A stretch of DNA of 64,000 nucleotides from Macrostomum lignano (taxonomy: Eukaryota): positions 62,001 to 126,000 of the forward strand of contig NIVC01000861.1 of NCBI GenBank assembly GCA_002269645.1, given 5' to 3'. The notes beneath the pieces are model-generated. The model made no database searches. It was given only the letters and a program-made list of their open reading frames with translations, and had not been told where the DNA came from. Each line of letters starts with the position of its first letter. Within the stretch, counting starts at the first letter, position 1. Position numbers and translations under genes: made by a program. This document shows, piece by piece, positions 26,251 through 38,253 of the stretch.

Positions 26251-27177
26251 TTAGCGCACCAGAATAGCAAAGTAATCGGCATCCCGGATGCTAGCAGACA
26301 TGACCTGACTGGGGTCAGGACTGTACACAATTCTCGGCACAGGCGCAGTATATCGATACATTGGACAGACATCGTTCTTTGAGTCCAACACGGCCATAAA
26401 TCCATTGTCAGCTGGGCAGCCTCATTAGTTCATATTGATGAAGAATCGCCTGCAATTACTGCCCCCAGTTTCGCCTTCAATGCTAAAATAGTTCATGGTG
26501 TACCTCGACGCCAGGTCAGTCACCGGCCAGCTGCGGACGAGTCGCTGCTTCCTAAACCAGTTCAGATTGGTTAGAGCGTCAACAGAGGAACCTACATCGA
26601 ATTCTAGTCGAACTACAACGTCAGATCCGTTGTAAATCTGCACAATGAACCGCTTGTAGACGAGACCAGAAATCAGGCGACGTACGTTCTCTAACAGGCT
26701 GGAACGAAAAGCGTTCGGCAGGTTGGCAATGTCCGAGTCCAGAGCTGCTGGTTGCACTACAGAGTCGGAGTTGCCACCAGTACTTCCGGTCATCAGTTCC
26801 CACACTGTATATCCACTGCCGGCTCTCACGCCCAAGATTAGGTGCTCAAGAGCGATGAGACTGACTGGCATGAGCACGATTGAGTCGCAGTCGTCCACAG
26901 AGCACAGTCGGTAGCGAGGGCACAGAGCGGCCGTCACGTGGCAATTGGGCCTGGAGTTTGACGACTGCATGACAACTGCCATGGGGACTGCAGACACGGC
27001 AGCAGCCATGCCGCAGGTGAAAATCTGCTCAGACACAAAAGACAGCGCTTGAGAACAGTTTGGCAGGAAGGAGTAGCGCTTGAACTCCAACCGGTTGATG
27101 CTGCAATCGCCTGTTGTTAATTTTGCTTGTGTTGCTGCTAGAAGCAGTATGCAAACTGATATTAGCTCTTTAGACAT
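26251..27177 (-). pseudogene. Secreted Cys-containing protein (signal peptide, PAN/apple-like region, invertebrate domain of unknown function) interrupted by in-frame TAA TGA at 26427-26422
   Basis: MSKELISVCILLLAATQA signal peptide. After RRFFINMN** the same frame continues GCPADNGFMAVLDSKNDVCP...DADYFAILVR* to 26251. May be an intact gene with a sequencing error. Confidence 0.65.
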
Positions 27178-27797
27178 TTCCGAAGCACACACTGCAAGTG
27201 ACTGCAGACAAGAACAGCTTCTTTATACGAACTGGCTGCTGTCACAACAGGTGTTTTCTATTTGAAATGTTTCCCATCACTCGTCCTCAAGTCTATCAGG
27301 TGATATCTCTGACCTGGACAGTAAATAACTCAGAAAAAATGGCACTTCTCACTGTAAATAATTAATATAATGTCAGTCGACTTGAAAATGTTTGCACAAA
27401 CTCCGGTGAAAGGAATATCCTTCCATTGTATTTTTGATTGACAGATTAATTTTCACAAGTGGCGAAGTTCCACCGTTCCACCCAGTATTACAGTACAAGT
27501 ACTCCAGCTTCATACTGAAGCAGTTCAATAAGCGAACTTTAGTGAGAATCTATCATTGGCACACAACCAAACTCTAAGAGAATTAAAAATGGCTGACATT
27601 TATTTAATACGCATGCATATTATGCTTGAGAAGCAACGATTGTTGAATGAAAGGACAAGCACGATTGTAAGCTAACTACAAACTTGAACAATCGGCAAAA
27701 CTAACCAAATAAAACAGCACGTAAAGCAATAAATTTATTTGACCAATCTATAAACAGATTCGATGTGGGCCGTAGCCTATAGGCCGTGGCCGTAGCC

Positions 27798-28075
27798 GAT
27801 TCCGAGTGTAGTCGCATTAATTTGGGGCTAAATTGGAATCTCGGCTTGGCTCTGCTCGCGCAATTAACGGCCTTGAAGGCCAACCCCCAAGGCACAGTGA
27901 AGTGTACATGCCTAACGATAAATACAGTCAGGACCGCTGTACACTCCTGTGTGTGTGCCTGCGTACGTATCCGCGCGCTTGTATGCCTGCTCAGGGGAGT
28001 CGGCGGAATGGGCAGTAATGCCTCTCGCCGGTTGTGTGACAATGTCGCTTAAAGTGAACCAGGGTGCACACAGCC
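27798..28075 (+). mobile_element. Dispersed ~280-bp repeat (SINE-like), copy 2
   Basis: Homologous to the reverse complement of 3565-3885. A further fragment lies near 31936-31985. Confidence 0.7.
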
Positions 28076-28330
28076 CTTGACTCTACTTAAAAAACGAACA
28101 AATAAATGGACTTAACCAGTATATACATTAGTTTTAAACAATCTATACACTGATTTGAGTAATTTATATACTGGTTTGACCAACCTAAACATTGATTTGA
28201 ACAATCTGTACACTGGTTTGATCGATCTATATACTGGTTTGAGCAACCTATACATTGGTTTGAACAATCTGTAAACTGGTTTCATTCATCAGTTAGAAAC
28301 CATTAGTTAAAACAAAGAGTTGCAAAAATA

Positions 28331-29943
28331 TCACGACGCGCTGTGCAATTCAAATCCGGCGGCAGTGCTCAGCAGTCGATCCTCCGGTCGGTAGGAAATC
28401 GGCGCGTCGCCGAAGGAATTCCAGACGGCGCAATCGCCGGATTCGACGGCTAGAGACACGGAGGGCGAGGATTTCGGCGCCGGGCCGGCGCTAAGACCGA
28501 CAAACTGAGCATCGACTTTGGCGTCGGACAGTGCAACGCGAGAGAACCGGAAGTACAGCCTAGCGCAGCAGGTCATGTCGTCGCGCATGGAATCGCCTGC
28601 CGGAGCGGCGGCAGCGCCCGTCCTGACGAAGCTGACGGTGCCAACGAGGTTCACCGGTGTACCCGGGGACAGTTTTGCCATTCCGGCGGTCAAATTCCAG
28701 ACTAAAATCCGACCAGAAGGAGAAGCCTGCTGCTGCTGCTGCGTGAGCGAGGCTGTGCCTAAGCTGCAAGTCAATTTAGCATCCCGCGGCTGCGGAGCCC
28801 AAGCTGGCAGGTGCAAGTGCACCTCGCAATAGTCGCATTTGGCCGCGCCGCGACACAGAATGTCGGAAAATATTAACTGAAGCCTGACAGCAGCAGACTG
28901 GCGCATGTGCGATGGTTGCTGCTGCTGTTGTTGCTGCTGCTGCTGCAGTCTCACCTGGTAGAAACCTGTGACAAGCGGATGCAACGGCTGCGCCAGCCAG
29001 TAGGTGATCAAACGACTGCCAGCCTGGCGAGGCGGCTGCAGCCGGATCCGAGCCGACTGAGGCGTGGCGTCCCAGTAGGCGCAGCGGGGCGTCACCAGGA
29101 CTCCGTGCAACAGTTGACGCGGACTGTCTAGGCGAATTTCTAAACTGCAGTTCTCCTGCGATTGCGGGGTTTGAGAAGATTTTAGTTAGTATGCATGCAG
29201 TATGGCGACTGATACACTGCTGACAATGAACCCCACCCTCACCCTCGGTCCCTCACCCCCTCACTTTCACCGCTTCACCCTCACCCTCACCCTCACCCTC
29301 ATCCTCCCTCTCACCCTCACCCTCACCCTCACCCTAACCCTCATCCTCCCTCTCACCCTCACCCTCATCCTCACTGTCACTCACCCTCACCCTCACTCTC
29401 ACCCTCATCCTCACCCTCACCCTCATCTTCATCGTCACCTTAACTCTCACCCTCACTCTCACTCACTCTAACCCTCACTCTCACCCTCACTCACCCTCAC
29501 CCTCACTCTCACTCTCACCCTCACCGTCACTCTCACTCACCCTCACTCTTACCCTCACTCTCACTCACCCTAACTCTCACCCTCACTCTCACTAACCCTC
29601 ACCCTCACTCTCACCCTCACTCTCACCCTCACTCTCACTCACCCTCACCCTCACTCTCACCCTCACTCTCACTCACCCTCACTCTCACCCTTACTCTCGC
29701 TCTCACCCTTATCCTCACCCTCTCACCCTCACCTTCATCCTCTTTTCTCAATTCTCACCTTTAACAACGACGCGTCGCAGGTGAGACACCCGAAGCACAG
29801 GTAATTATCGCCCTGCCGCGAATGACAGGAATTCTCGTCCTGGCAAGAATAATAGACCCGCTCTGTCAACTGCAGGGCCACGGAGGAACCCTGCGTTGGA
29901 GATTGAGAAATAAACAGATTTTAAACTCAGCTCCCATAATACC

Positions 29944-30004
<61 letters not shown>

Positions 30005-30733
30005 TAAGTGGCCCATTACTCATGTAGTCGCGCATGGAATCGAGCCCAGGCACTCCAGCGGCACAAAACTAAGACGCAGTAGCCGCTGAGCTACTTTGAT
30101 CCCCGCTCCTATCCTGACCTTCTTCGACTTCTTTTCGGCGGGCGCTCCCACAGTCCAGACTGTGTGCGGCGACTCTGCCGCCTCTCTGCTGCCCGCCGCC
30201 GGCAGGCTTGGCACCTGGCCGAACAGGTGCCGATAGAGAGGCTGCTCCAGAGCCAGCGGGGTGCCGAAAGGACAGGCATAGGACAGGAACAACTGCAGCT
30301 CGGCCAGCCGCGGCTCCTCCGGGCCGAAATCCTTCGACAGAGGGCCGAGAAACTCGCCAACAGCTTCAAGCAAAGCGAACGCGTCCATCACGGCGTCTTC
30401 ATGATCCTCGTTGCCAAGGCACCATAGCAACGCGCCTGGCGGACTATGCTCGGTGACTAGCAACGGCCGTAGTACCCCGCCCGGCACGGGCACTGAGAAC
30501 ACTGGCTTTGTCGGAGACAATCGGCAGGAGTCTCGCTCGGGCACAAACGATTCTGTTGGATAGGCCAAGCCCAGCGCTCTGACAATGCAGGCTGTTAACT
30601 CTTTCTGATCCATGGCGGCCGGTAAACCGGCCAGGCTGGTCGACGTTGCCGAGAACCGGTGCAGTAGCACCGGCTGACCGGAAAAACTGCCGCCAGTGTC
30701 ACGCAGGCGGAACAGACCCAGGCACAGCACAGA
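28331..30733 (-). CDS. AP5M1: AP-5 complex subunit mu-1; exons 30733-30119, 29890-29759, 29155-28331; no ATG in the first exon
   Basis: Matches remembered AP5M1 blocks: FVPERDSC (DFVESRDSC), ACPFGT, LQLTERV (ISITEKV), LVTGFYQV (ILGFYQM), YCEVHL (FCEAHI), LVGTVSF (LSGTVTF), SGDCAVWNS (SSDYYIWNS). Both introns are phase 0 GT-AG. The track start at 30730 is GTG, 3 nt after an in-frame acceptor TTTCTTCAG. Confidence 0.88.
29225..29735. repeat. (CTCACC/CTCACT)n hexamer array, AP5M1 intron 2; reads (GGTGAG/AGTGAG)n on the sense strand
   Basis: Direct reading. Confidence 0.95.
29943..30003. repeat. (CTGT)n microsatellite, AP5M1 intron 1
   Basis: Direct reading, about 15 units. Confidence 0.95.
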
Positions 30734-30774
30734 CTGAAGAAATTAAGAAAATGTGTTAGTGATAGAAATAGAAA

Positions 30775-31168
30775 CCAGTTCAACCCCCTCACTCCCCTGA
30801 TAATAATTGGCCTGCCAGTTCAACCCCCTCACTCCCCTGATAATAATTGGCCTGCCAGTTCAACCCCCTCACTCCCCTGATAATAATTGGCCTGCCAGTT
30901 CAACCCCCTCACTCCCCTGATAATAATTGGCCTGCCAGTTCAACCCCCTCACTCCCCTGATAATAATTGGCCTGCCAGTTCAACCCCCTCACTCCCCTGA
31001 TAATAATTGGCTCGCTAGTTCAACCCCGTCACTCCCCTAATAATAATTGGCTCGCTAGTTCAACCCCCTCACTCCCCTGATAGTAATTGGCTCGCTAGTT
31101 CAACCCCATCACTCCCCTGATAATAATTGGCTCGCTAGTTCAACCCCGTCACTCCCCTGATAATAATT
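30775..31168. repeat. 40-bp minisatellite, about 10 units, between PIGG and AP5M1
   Basis: CCAGTTCAACCCCCTCACTCCCCTGATAATAATTGGCCTG, period 40. Confidence 0.97.
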
Positions 31169-31245
31169 GGCCTGCCAGTTCAATCCTCTCTACCCTTGTT
31201 TTTAGTTATTTTTTATAATTGAAAGTATAAATCGCAAAAAAACTG

Positions 31246-31251
31246 TTTATT
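31246..31251 (-). terminator. Putative polyadenylation signal AATAAA of PIGG
   Basis: TTTATT on + strand, about 175 nt past the PIGG stop. Confidence 0.5.
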
Positions 31252-31424
31252 ACTTAGAACAGTACTAATAGGTGTAATTTATATTAAGAAAAAAAGGAGA
31301 AGGGAAAAAAGTAAATGCAAATAAATTTAGCTGAGCTATAGTCATCTTTTTGTCAGTTTGCTAGGAGCACCAAAGTTTTTTTCAAAAAGAACAGAAACTG
31401 CCTACATGTAACTTGGATTTCAAA

Positions 31425-34400
31425 TCAATCGAAAAGCCGCGCAACAAGATACAGCACAGTTAGCAGAGCCAGGTAAGCGGAGCCATAGCAGTACTTGGGT
31501 GCGTACACTGTCCATACAAACAGATGATGCCGCTGTACAATGCAGAATAGCGCCAGGCTGCACCAGCTGTAACCTGCCAATAGGTGCGCCAGACCAATCA
31601 CAGATGATGCTCGTCTGAACTCTCCACCAGTACAGATGCTTTTATGCCCTTTTAGAAGCAGAATTGCAAGCAATAGATAAAACAATTGGCCAGTCCAAGT
31701 TGACAGGACGAGCAAAGCGCCGCTTAAAATCATCGAATTGAACGGCAGGCCAACGAATGATGCGCCAACATCGGCCGTTGCGAGACTGTTTGACTGGCCC
31801 TGGAATCGGATGCAATCGGCATTGGATGGCATGAAAATCTACCTACAGTAGCATCTATACAGAGCATATTTTATTTTTCGGTATGTTTCTGTAACAGATA
31901 GTGTACATGCTTGACGATTAGAAAGTCACAAACGGCCTCTGTACACCCTGTGTGAGCGTGTGTGTGAGTGCTGTGCCTGTCTGTTTACAGTATTGGCGCT
32001 TGCATTGTGCTCAGAAGTCTGCGGAATGGGCAGAATCTGACGACGATGTTTGAAAGATTTGAATATCTGAAGATCTTCAATCAAAATTGCACATCCCAAC
32101 TGAGGTTGTGAAATTAAGGGAATAATGCGAGAATACGAGTATGAAGTGCCTCTTTTAAACTTATTTTCTCCAGTTAATTCGATATAGTGCAATTTAGCGT
32201 TGTGAAATTTCGGAATTTTGAAATTTTATGTTTGCTAAAATTCGGATTTTTTATTTCGGGTTGTGAACTTTCGTCTTGAGGAAATTTCGGATATTTGAAA
32301 TTTTGGGTTTTTAAAGTTTTGGGATTGTAAAATTTTGGGATTGTAAAATTTCGGGATTGTGAAATTTCGGGATTGTGAAATTTCGGGATTGTAAAAATTT
32401 GGGATTGTGAAATTTGGGATTGAGAAATGTTGGGATTGTAAAATTTCGGGATTGTGAGATTTCGGGATTGTAAAATTTGTGGATTGTGAAATTTCGGAAT
32501 TGTGAGATTTCGGGATTGTGAAAGTGCCCCTTAGAAAGATGTGCCGGAGGGGGGCGGCCAAAACACAATTGATTTTTCAAGCATACAAACCAACAAGGAT
32601 AAAATAAAAAACTGCTGACTTACCAACTGAAAGTAAAGCGCCTGACCCAACCAAACAAAGGTGAGCATCAGAATGAGTCTGTCACGCCTCGCACTGCCAA
32701 GTCCTGGTTTAGCAAACGCTGGTCCAATGGCTACACAGTGCAGACAGAGGACTACACAATTTGCTGGGCAACTGGACAACACAGTCTGACAGAGTACAAT
32801 GCCACCAGCCAATGAGGCAACTGGACAGCCATAATTAGCATTAGTAATAGTCCCAATAACAGTCCATGCCAAAGCCAATAGTAATCCCAAACAGCTAATT
32901 ATAGGATTAATAAAATTTGTCAATACCAGACTACAACGAAACCAAATAGCGCAAAAACAGCAAGCAATTAAAATTAGGCATCGAATTATACTACTGTTTT
33001 CGACTATAATATAAGTAGCATCATTTGAAAATTTACTACTATCAAGGTATTTTTGCAGAAAAACACCAATTAAACAGATGCTACAGAGGAGAATTATTGC
33101 GTAACAGACAGGCCAACCGCGCAGGTGCTGATCTAGATCTGGTAGGTGGGCCCATTTGTCTCCGGTTTGATTGAAATTTCTAGCTAATCGAAATGCTACA
33201 AGAGGAATCAGCGGTTGAATCAGTTGACGAATACATTCCAGCCAAGGTAAATTAGCAGTGCTTAGACTGGCTGATAGGACGCGACAGGCAAACAGGCTGG
33301 TGCAAGCAAAGTACCAAAACTGATGCTCCTCCTCTATCAAACTAGTAGACGCGTGAATTAATATCGGAGCTAGACAGGTGCCCAGAATTAGCAGGTAGAT
33401 CGCCAGGTTGTTTAGCTGGAACAATTATGGGCAATTTATATGAAATTTGGCGCTTTGTGCTCGGTATGAAGTCGAAGCATAGTATGTGAAGGATGATTGG
33501 GTGCGTGCGGAGGATGGGGTGGCTGCGGAGGATGGGGTGGCTGCGGAGGATGGGGTGGCTGCGGAGGATGGGGTGGCTGTGGAGGATGGGGTGGCTGCGG
33601 AAGATGGGGTGGCTGCGGAAGATGGGGTGGCTGTGGAGGATGGGGTGGCTGTGGAGGATGGGGTGACTGTGGAGGATGGGGTGGCTGTGGAGGATAGGGT
33701 GGCTGTGGAGGATAGGGTGGCTGTGGAGGATAGGGTGGCTGCGGAGGATGGGGTGGCTGCGAAGGATGGGGTGGATGTGGAAGATGGGGTGGCTGCAGAG
33801 GATGGGTGGCTGTGGAGGATAAGGTGGCTGTGGAGGATGGGGTGGCTATAGAGGATGGGGTGGCTGTGGAGGATGGGGTGGGCGCGGAGGTTGGGGTGGG
33901 CGTACATTAAGAACAAACAATAAAAATAGCTAACCCTGTCCTCGGCTGATTTGAATTCATTTGGGCCGTTAGATTTTGCTGTCTTCATATCAACAGCTTG
34001 CAGCAAAGTTGGCAAACGAAAAAGACAGCAGAGGCAGCCCAGTCCTAAACCAATGAGCATTCTAGGCAAGCTGTACTCAGCCGATGCGTAAACCAAAGCC
34101 TGTTGAGCTTTTCTGGCCTCAGAGTAGCAATAGTTTAGATTTTCGGCGCAGCGCTTGGATCGTTCGGAGCGATTGAAGGCCTCTATTTTATAGTTTTTTT
34201 TAAATAAAGAAAATTGTGATTTCTTTACTATCAGTAGTGCAGTTAGCGAGTAGTAAAGTAATCAAACAAAAAACTCTCACCAGATTTAGAATTCAATTCG
34301 GCTTCTAATTCCAACAAATCGAGCCAGTTGTTGCTAAGCAACGAGTTGGAGAAGCCGCCGCAGGCGAGTCCGCCTAGAGACGGATGCAGCAGTCCCAAAC

Positions 34401-37400
34401 TGGCCCTGGGAGGCTGAACACCTGTCCAGCTAGTTAGCAAATTAGCCATATCTGTCTGCTCTAGTTCTGGGAGCTCAATCGATGGATCTAGACTGCTGGA
34501 AAGCTGTACACTGCTTAGCAACACGAGAGGAGTTCGCGTCTCGGCGGGGGAGGCGCCTCCGTGACCGCCAAGGTCGCTCATTCCGTGATCGCTGGTTACC
34601 GCTAGGAGCCAGTCGACTGGCTGAAGACAAAAGATGAAGAGTGTGCGTCACTTGATCTTAGCATCCATTGTGCGTCACTTGATCTTAGCATCCATTGTGC
34701 GTCACTTGATCTTAGCATCCGTTGTGCGTCACTTGATCTTAGCATCCGTTGTGCGTCACTTGATCTTAGCATCCATTGTGCGTCACTTGATCTTAGCATC
34801 CATTGTGCGTCACTTGATCTTAGCATCCATTGTGCGTCACTTGATCTTAGCATCCGTTGTGCGTCACTTGATCTTAGCATCCGTTGTGCGTCACTTGATC
34901 TTAGCATCCGTTGTGCGTCACTTGATCTTAGCATCCGTTGTGCGTCACTTGATCTTAGCATCCGTTGTGATCTTAGCATCCGTTGTGCGTCACTTGATCT
35001 TAGCATCCGTTGTGCGTCACTTGATCTTAGCATCCGTTGTGCGTCACTTGATCTTAGCATCCGTTGTGCGTCACTTGATCTTAGCATCCATTGTGCGTCA
35101 CTTGATCTTAGCATCCGTTATGAGTCACTTCCCAAGATCCCTATATTGACTTACTTCTCATTAATCCCATCTTGGCTCACTTCTTATTGATCCAATATTG
35201 ACTTACTTCTCATTAATCCCATATTGGCTCACTTCCCATTGATCCCATATTGAGTCACTTCCCATTGATCCCAAATTGAGTCACTTCTCATTTATCCCAT
35301 ATTGAGTCACTCAGAGATATTTCATATTGAGTCACTCAGATATCGCATAATGAGTCACTCAGATATCCCATTGAGTCACTAACCCCACATATCCCACAGC
35401 ACACAGCCGAGATCTACCTGGCTACTCAAAGCAGTGACAATAGACTCAACAACGGCATCCATTTCCGCAAGTTTATCCGGCACCAATCTACTATTCGGGC
35501 CTTCAATATGGCCGATGTGATCCAGTCCCAGGTAGTGCAGGATGAGCACATCCCAGTTTGATGAGGCGTCCAGAGCGACTCGCAAATTTTCAGTCACATT
35601 TTTGTCTACCTGCAAAATTTAATAGTGGGAAGTAATAATTTAGCATGGTTCAAAGTGTTAAGAGTCCGTGGGAGAGACAGGGTAAGAATTAGAAAAAACA
35701 TTTTTGGGCTCTATGGGTGACTCTATATGGGATCAATGGGAAGTGACTCAATATGGGGATCTGGGAAGTGACTCAATATGGGATCAATGGGAAGTGACTC
35801 AATATGGGGATCTGGGAAGTGACTCAATATGGGATCAATGGGAAGTGACTCAATATGGGGATCTGGGAAGTGACTCAATATGGGGATCCGGGAAGTGACT
35901 CAATATGGGGATCTGGGAAGTAACTCAATATGGGGATCTGGGAAGTGACTCAATATGGGGATCTGGGAAGTGACTCAATAAGGGGATCTGGGAAGTGACT
36001 CAATATGGGGATCTGGGAAGTGACTCAATATGGGGATCTGGGAAGTGACTCAATATGGGGATCTGGGAAGTGACTCAATATGGGGATCTGGAAAGTGACT
36101 CAATATGGGGATCTGGGAAGTGACTCAATATGGGGATCTGGGAAGTGACTCAATATGGGGATCTGGAAAGTGACTCAATATGGGGATCTGGGAAGTGACT
36201 CAATATGGGGATCTGGGAAGTGACTCAATATGGGGATCTGGAAAGTGACTCAATAAGGGGATCTGGGAAGTGACTCAATATGGGGATCTGGGAAGTGACT
36301 CAATATGGGGATCTGGGAAGTGACTCAATATGGGGATCTGGGAAGTGACTCAATATGGGGATCTGGGAAGTGACTCAATATGGGGATCTGGGAAGTGACT
36401 CAATAAGGGGATCTGGGAAGTGACTCAATATGGGGATCTGGGAAGTGACTCAATATGGGGATCTGGGAAGTGACTCAATATGGGGATCTGGAAAGAATGA
36501 TTAGTCAGCCAAAGCCAATTCCTTACCTCGTAGAAGTCGGTAGCAAAAAAGGATGGCAGTCCTTGCGCCTTGGCAAAGCTGCCGGGGAACATCCGGGTCC
36601 AGGTGTCGTCCCCATAGAACTGAACGCTGAAATTGGCTGAATTCCAACGACGCACAATGCTATCTGTGGCCAATTCGGAAGCGAAGAAATTCCACAAAAC
36701 GTCCAGGAATCCCGGAACTCGACCGGTTGTGAGGCACTGCGAAGTAGGCAAAGTGGATTGGTGAGAGGGAGAAGGCAAAAGGAGAAGGAAAGGGCAAGGG
36801 GTAAAAAAGAAAGGGAAGAGAAAGAGAAGAGAAAGATGGAAAAGAGAAAAAGGGAAGAGAAAGATGGGAAGGAGAAAGAGGGGAAGAGAAAGATGGGAAA
36901 GAGAAATATGGGGAAGAGAAAGACAGGAGAAAGCGAGGAAGGTGAATAGTGTAGGACAGAGATAAGAGATCTCAGCCTACCTTAATCCTAGGCAGAGTAA
37001 CAGTAGGCGACTGAACTTTCACCACAGCGCTATAACTGCCGCGAATGCCAGCAATTCTGCTTTTGCCTCTCCTGGCACTGTCCAGAAAGCGCATTTTAGC
37101 AGCAGATTGTCTATCAGATGAGAAAACCATGTCTTGTCGCATGCCATCAATCAATAGTATGACAGTTTTACGACCGAAGCATCGTCTGTCTAAATGCCAG
37201 TCAGAGGACAAATAATGATTATTTTGATTGCTCATTTGTACATCTGCGTCCGTTAATTAGTAGAACTGAGTTCACCATATGTGTCTGCAGAATCTCCAAC
37301 ATTGCTACTATAGAGTGGGGGTGCTACCCTCCCAAGGTCGAGTGCTACCCTCCCAAGGTCGAGTGCTACCCTCCCAAGGTCGAGTGCTACCCTCCCAAGG

Positions 37401-38253
37401 TCGAGTGCTACCCTCCCAAGGTCGAGTGCTACCCTCCCAAGGTCGAGTGCTACCCTCCCAAGGTCGAGTGCTACCCTCCCAAGGTCGAGTGCTACCCTCC
37501 CAAGGTCGAGTGCTACCCTCCCAAGGTCGAGTGCTACCCTCCCAAGGTCGAGTGCTACCCTCCCAAGGTCGAGTGCTACCCTCCCAAGGTCGAGTGCTAC
37601 CCTCCCAAGGTCGAGTGCTACCCTCCCAAGGTCGAGTGCTACCCTCCCAAGGTAGAGTGCTACCCTCCCAAGGTAGAGTGCTACCCTCTGCCAAGGTAGA
37701 GTGCTACCCTCGTCATAGGCAAGGTCGAGTGCTACCCCCTCCCAAGGTCGAGTGCTACCCTCCCAAGGTCGAGTGCTACCCTCCCAAGGTCGAGTGCTAC
37801 CCTCCCAAGGTCGAGTGCTACCCTCCCAAGGTCGAGTGCTACCCTCCCAAGGTCGAGTGCTACCCTCCCAAGGTCGAGTGCTACCCTCCCAAGGTCGAGT
37901 GCTACCCTCCCAAGGTCGAGTGCTACCCTCCCAAGGTCGAGTGCTACCCTCCCAAGGTCGAGTGCTACCCTCCCAAGGTCGAGTGCTACCCTCCCAAGGT
38001 CGAGTGCTACCCTCCCAAGGTCGAGTGCTACCCTCCCAAGGTCGAGTGCTACCCTCTGCCAAGGTCCTACATTAGAAGAGCTACTCGCTGACAAGGTTTA
38101 AAATATATTACCTCTTATGCTACTTTGTCCACCAACAAAGTAAGATGATTTTCCAACATCAAGAAAGAATCCAGTAGTGAAAATGCATGCAGCCAACAAT
38201 GTTGAAAAAGCAAAGAAAAAATCAAATATTGAGCTATTTAGAACAACCATCAT
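31425..38253 (-). CDS. PIGG: GPI ethanolamine phosphate transferase 2, 853 aa; exons 38253-38112, 37243-36981, 36736-36527, 35609-35418, 34620-34281, 34182-33935, 33415-32624, 31799-31425
   Basis: All junctions are GT-AG with consistent phases (1,0,0,0,1,0,0) and total 2562 nt. Motifs: FTTGFF, LIDGMRQD, PTVTLPRIK, TGRVPGFLDV, FYGDDTW, SFFATDFYEVDKNV, ILHYLGLDHIGH, SDHGMSDLGGHGG, QGQSNSLATAD, HHLFVWTVYAPKY. Confidence 0.92.
32290..32525. repeat. 16-bp repeat (CGGGATTGTGAAATTT), PIGG intron 7
   Basis: Direct reading. Confidence 0.9.
33505..33900. repeat. 18-bp minisatellite (GGAGGATGGGGTGGCTGC), PIGG intron 6
   Basis: 6-aa periodicity (EDGVAA). Confidence 0.95.
34640..35120. repeat. 27-bp minisatellite (TGTGCGTCACTTGATCTTAGCATCCRT), PIGG intron 4
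   Basis: 9-aa periodicity (VRHLILASV). Confidence 0.97.
35121..35390. repeat. Degenerate 25-26-bp array (GATCCCATATTGAGTCACTTCCCATT), reverse complement of the intron-3 array, PIGG intron 4
   Basis: Its reverse complement AATGGGAAGTGACTCAATATGGGATC occurs exactly in the 35712-36492 array. Confidence 0.9.
35712..36492. repeat. 25-bp minisatellite (TGGGGATCTGGGAAGTGACTCAATA), PIGG intron 3
   Basis: Direct reading, about 31 units. Confidence 0.97.
37320..38065. repeat. 21-bp minisatellite (GAGTGCTACCCTCCCAAGGTC), PIGG intron 1
   Basis: 7-aa periodicity; source of five artefactual ORFs. Confidence 0.97.

Noticed and set aside
26422-26424. TGA as selenocysteine
   Set aside because: Preceded by TAA, the position is probably Gly rather than Cys, and I saw no SECIS-like hairpin.
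30775-31168. CRISPR-like appearance of 20-40 bp arrays
   Set aside because: Head-to-tail repeats without unique spacers, in eukaryotic context, no cas genes.
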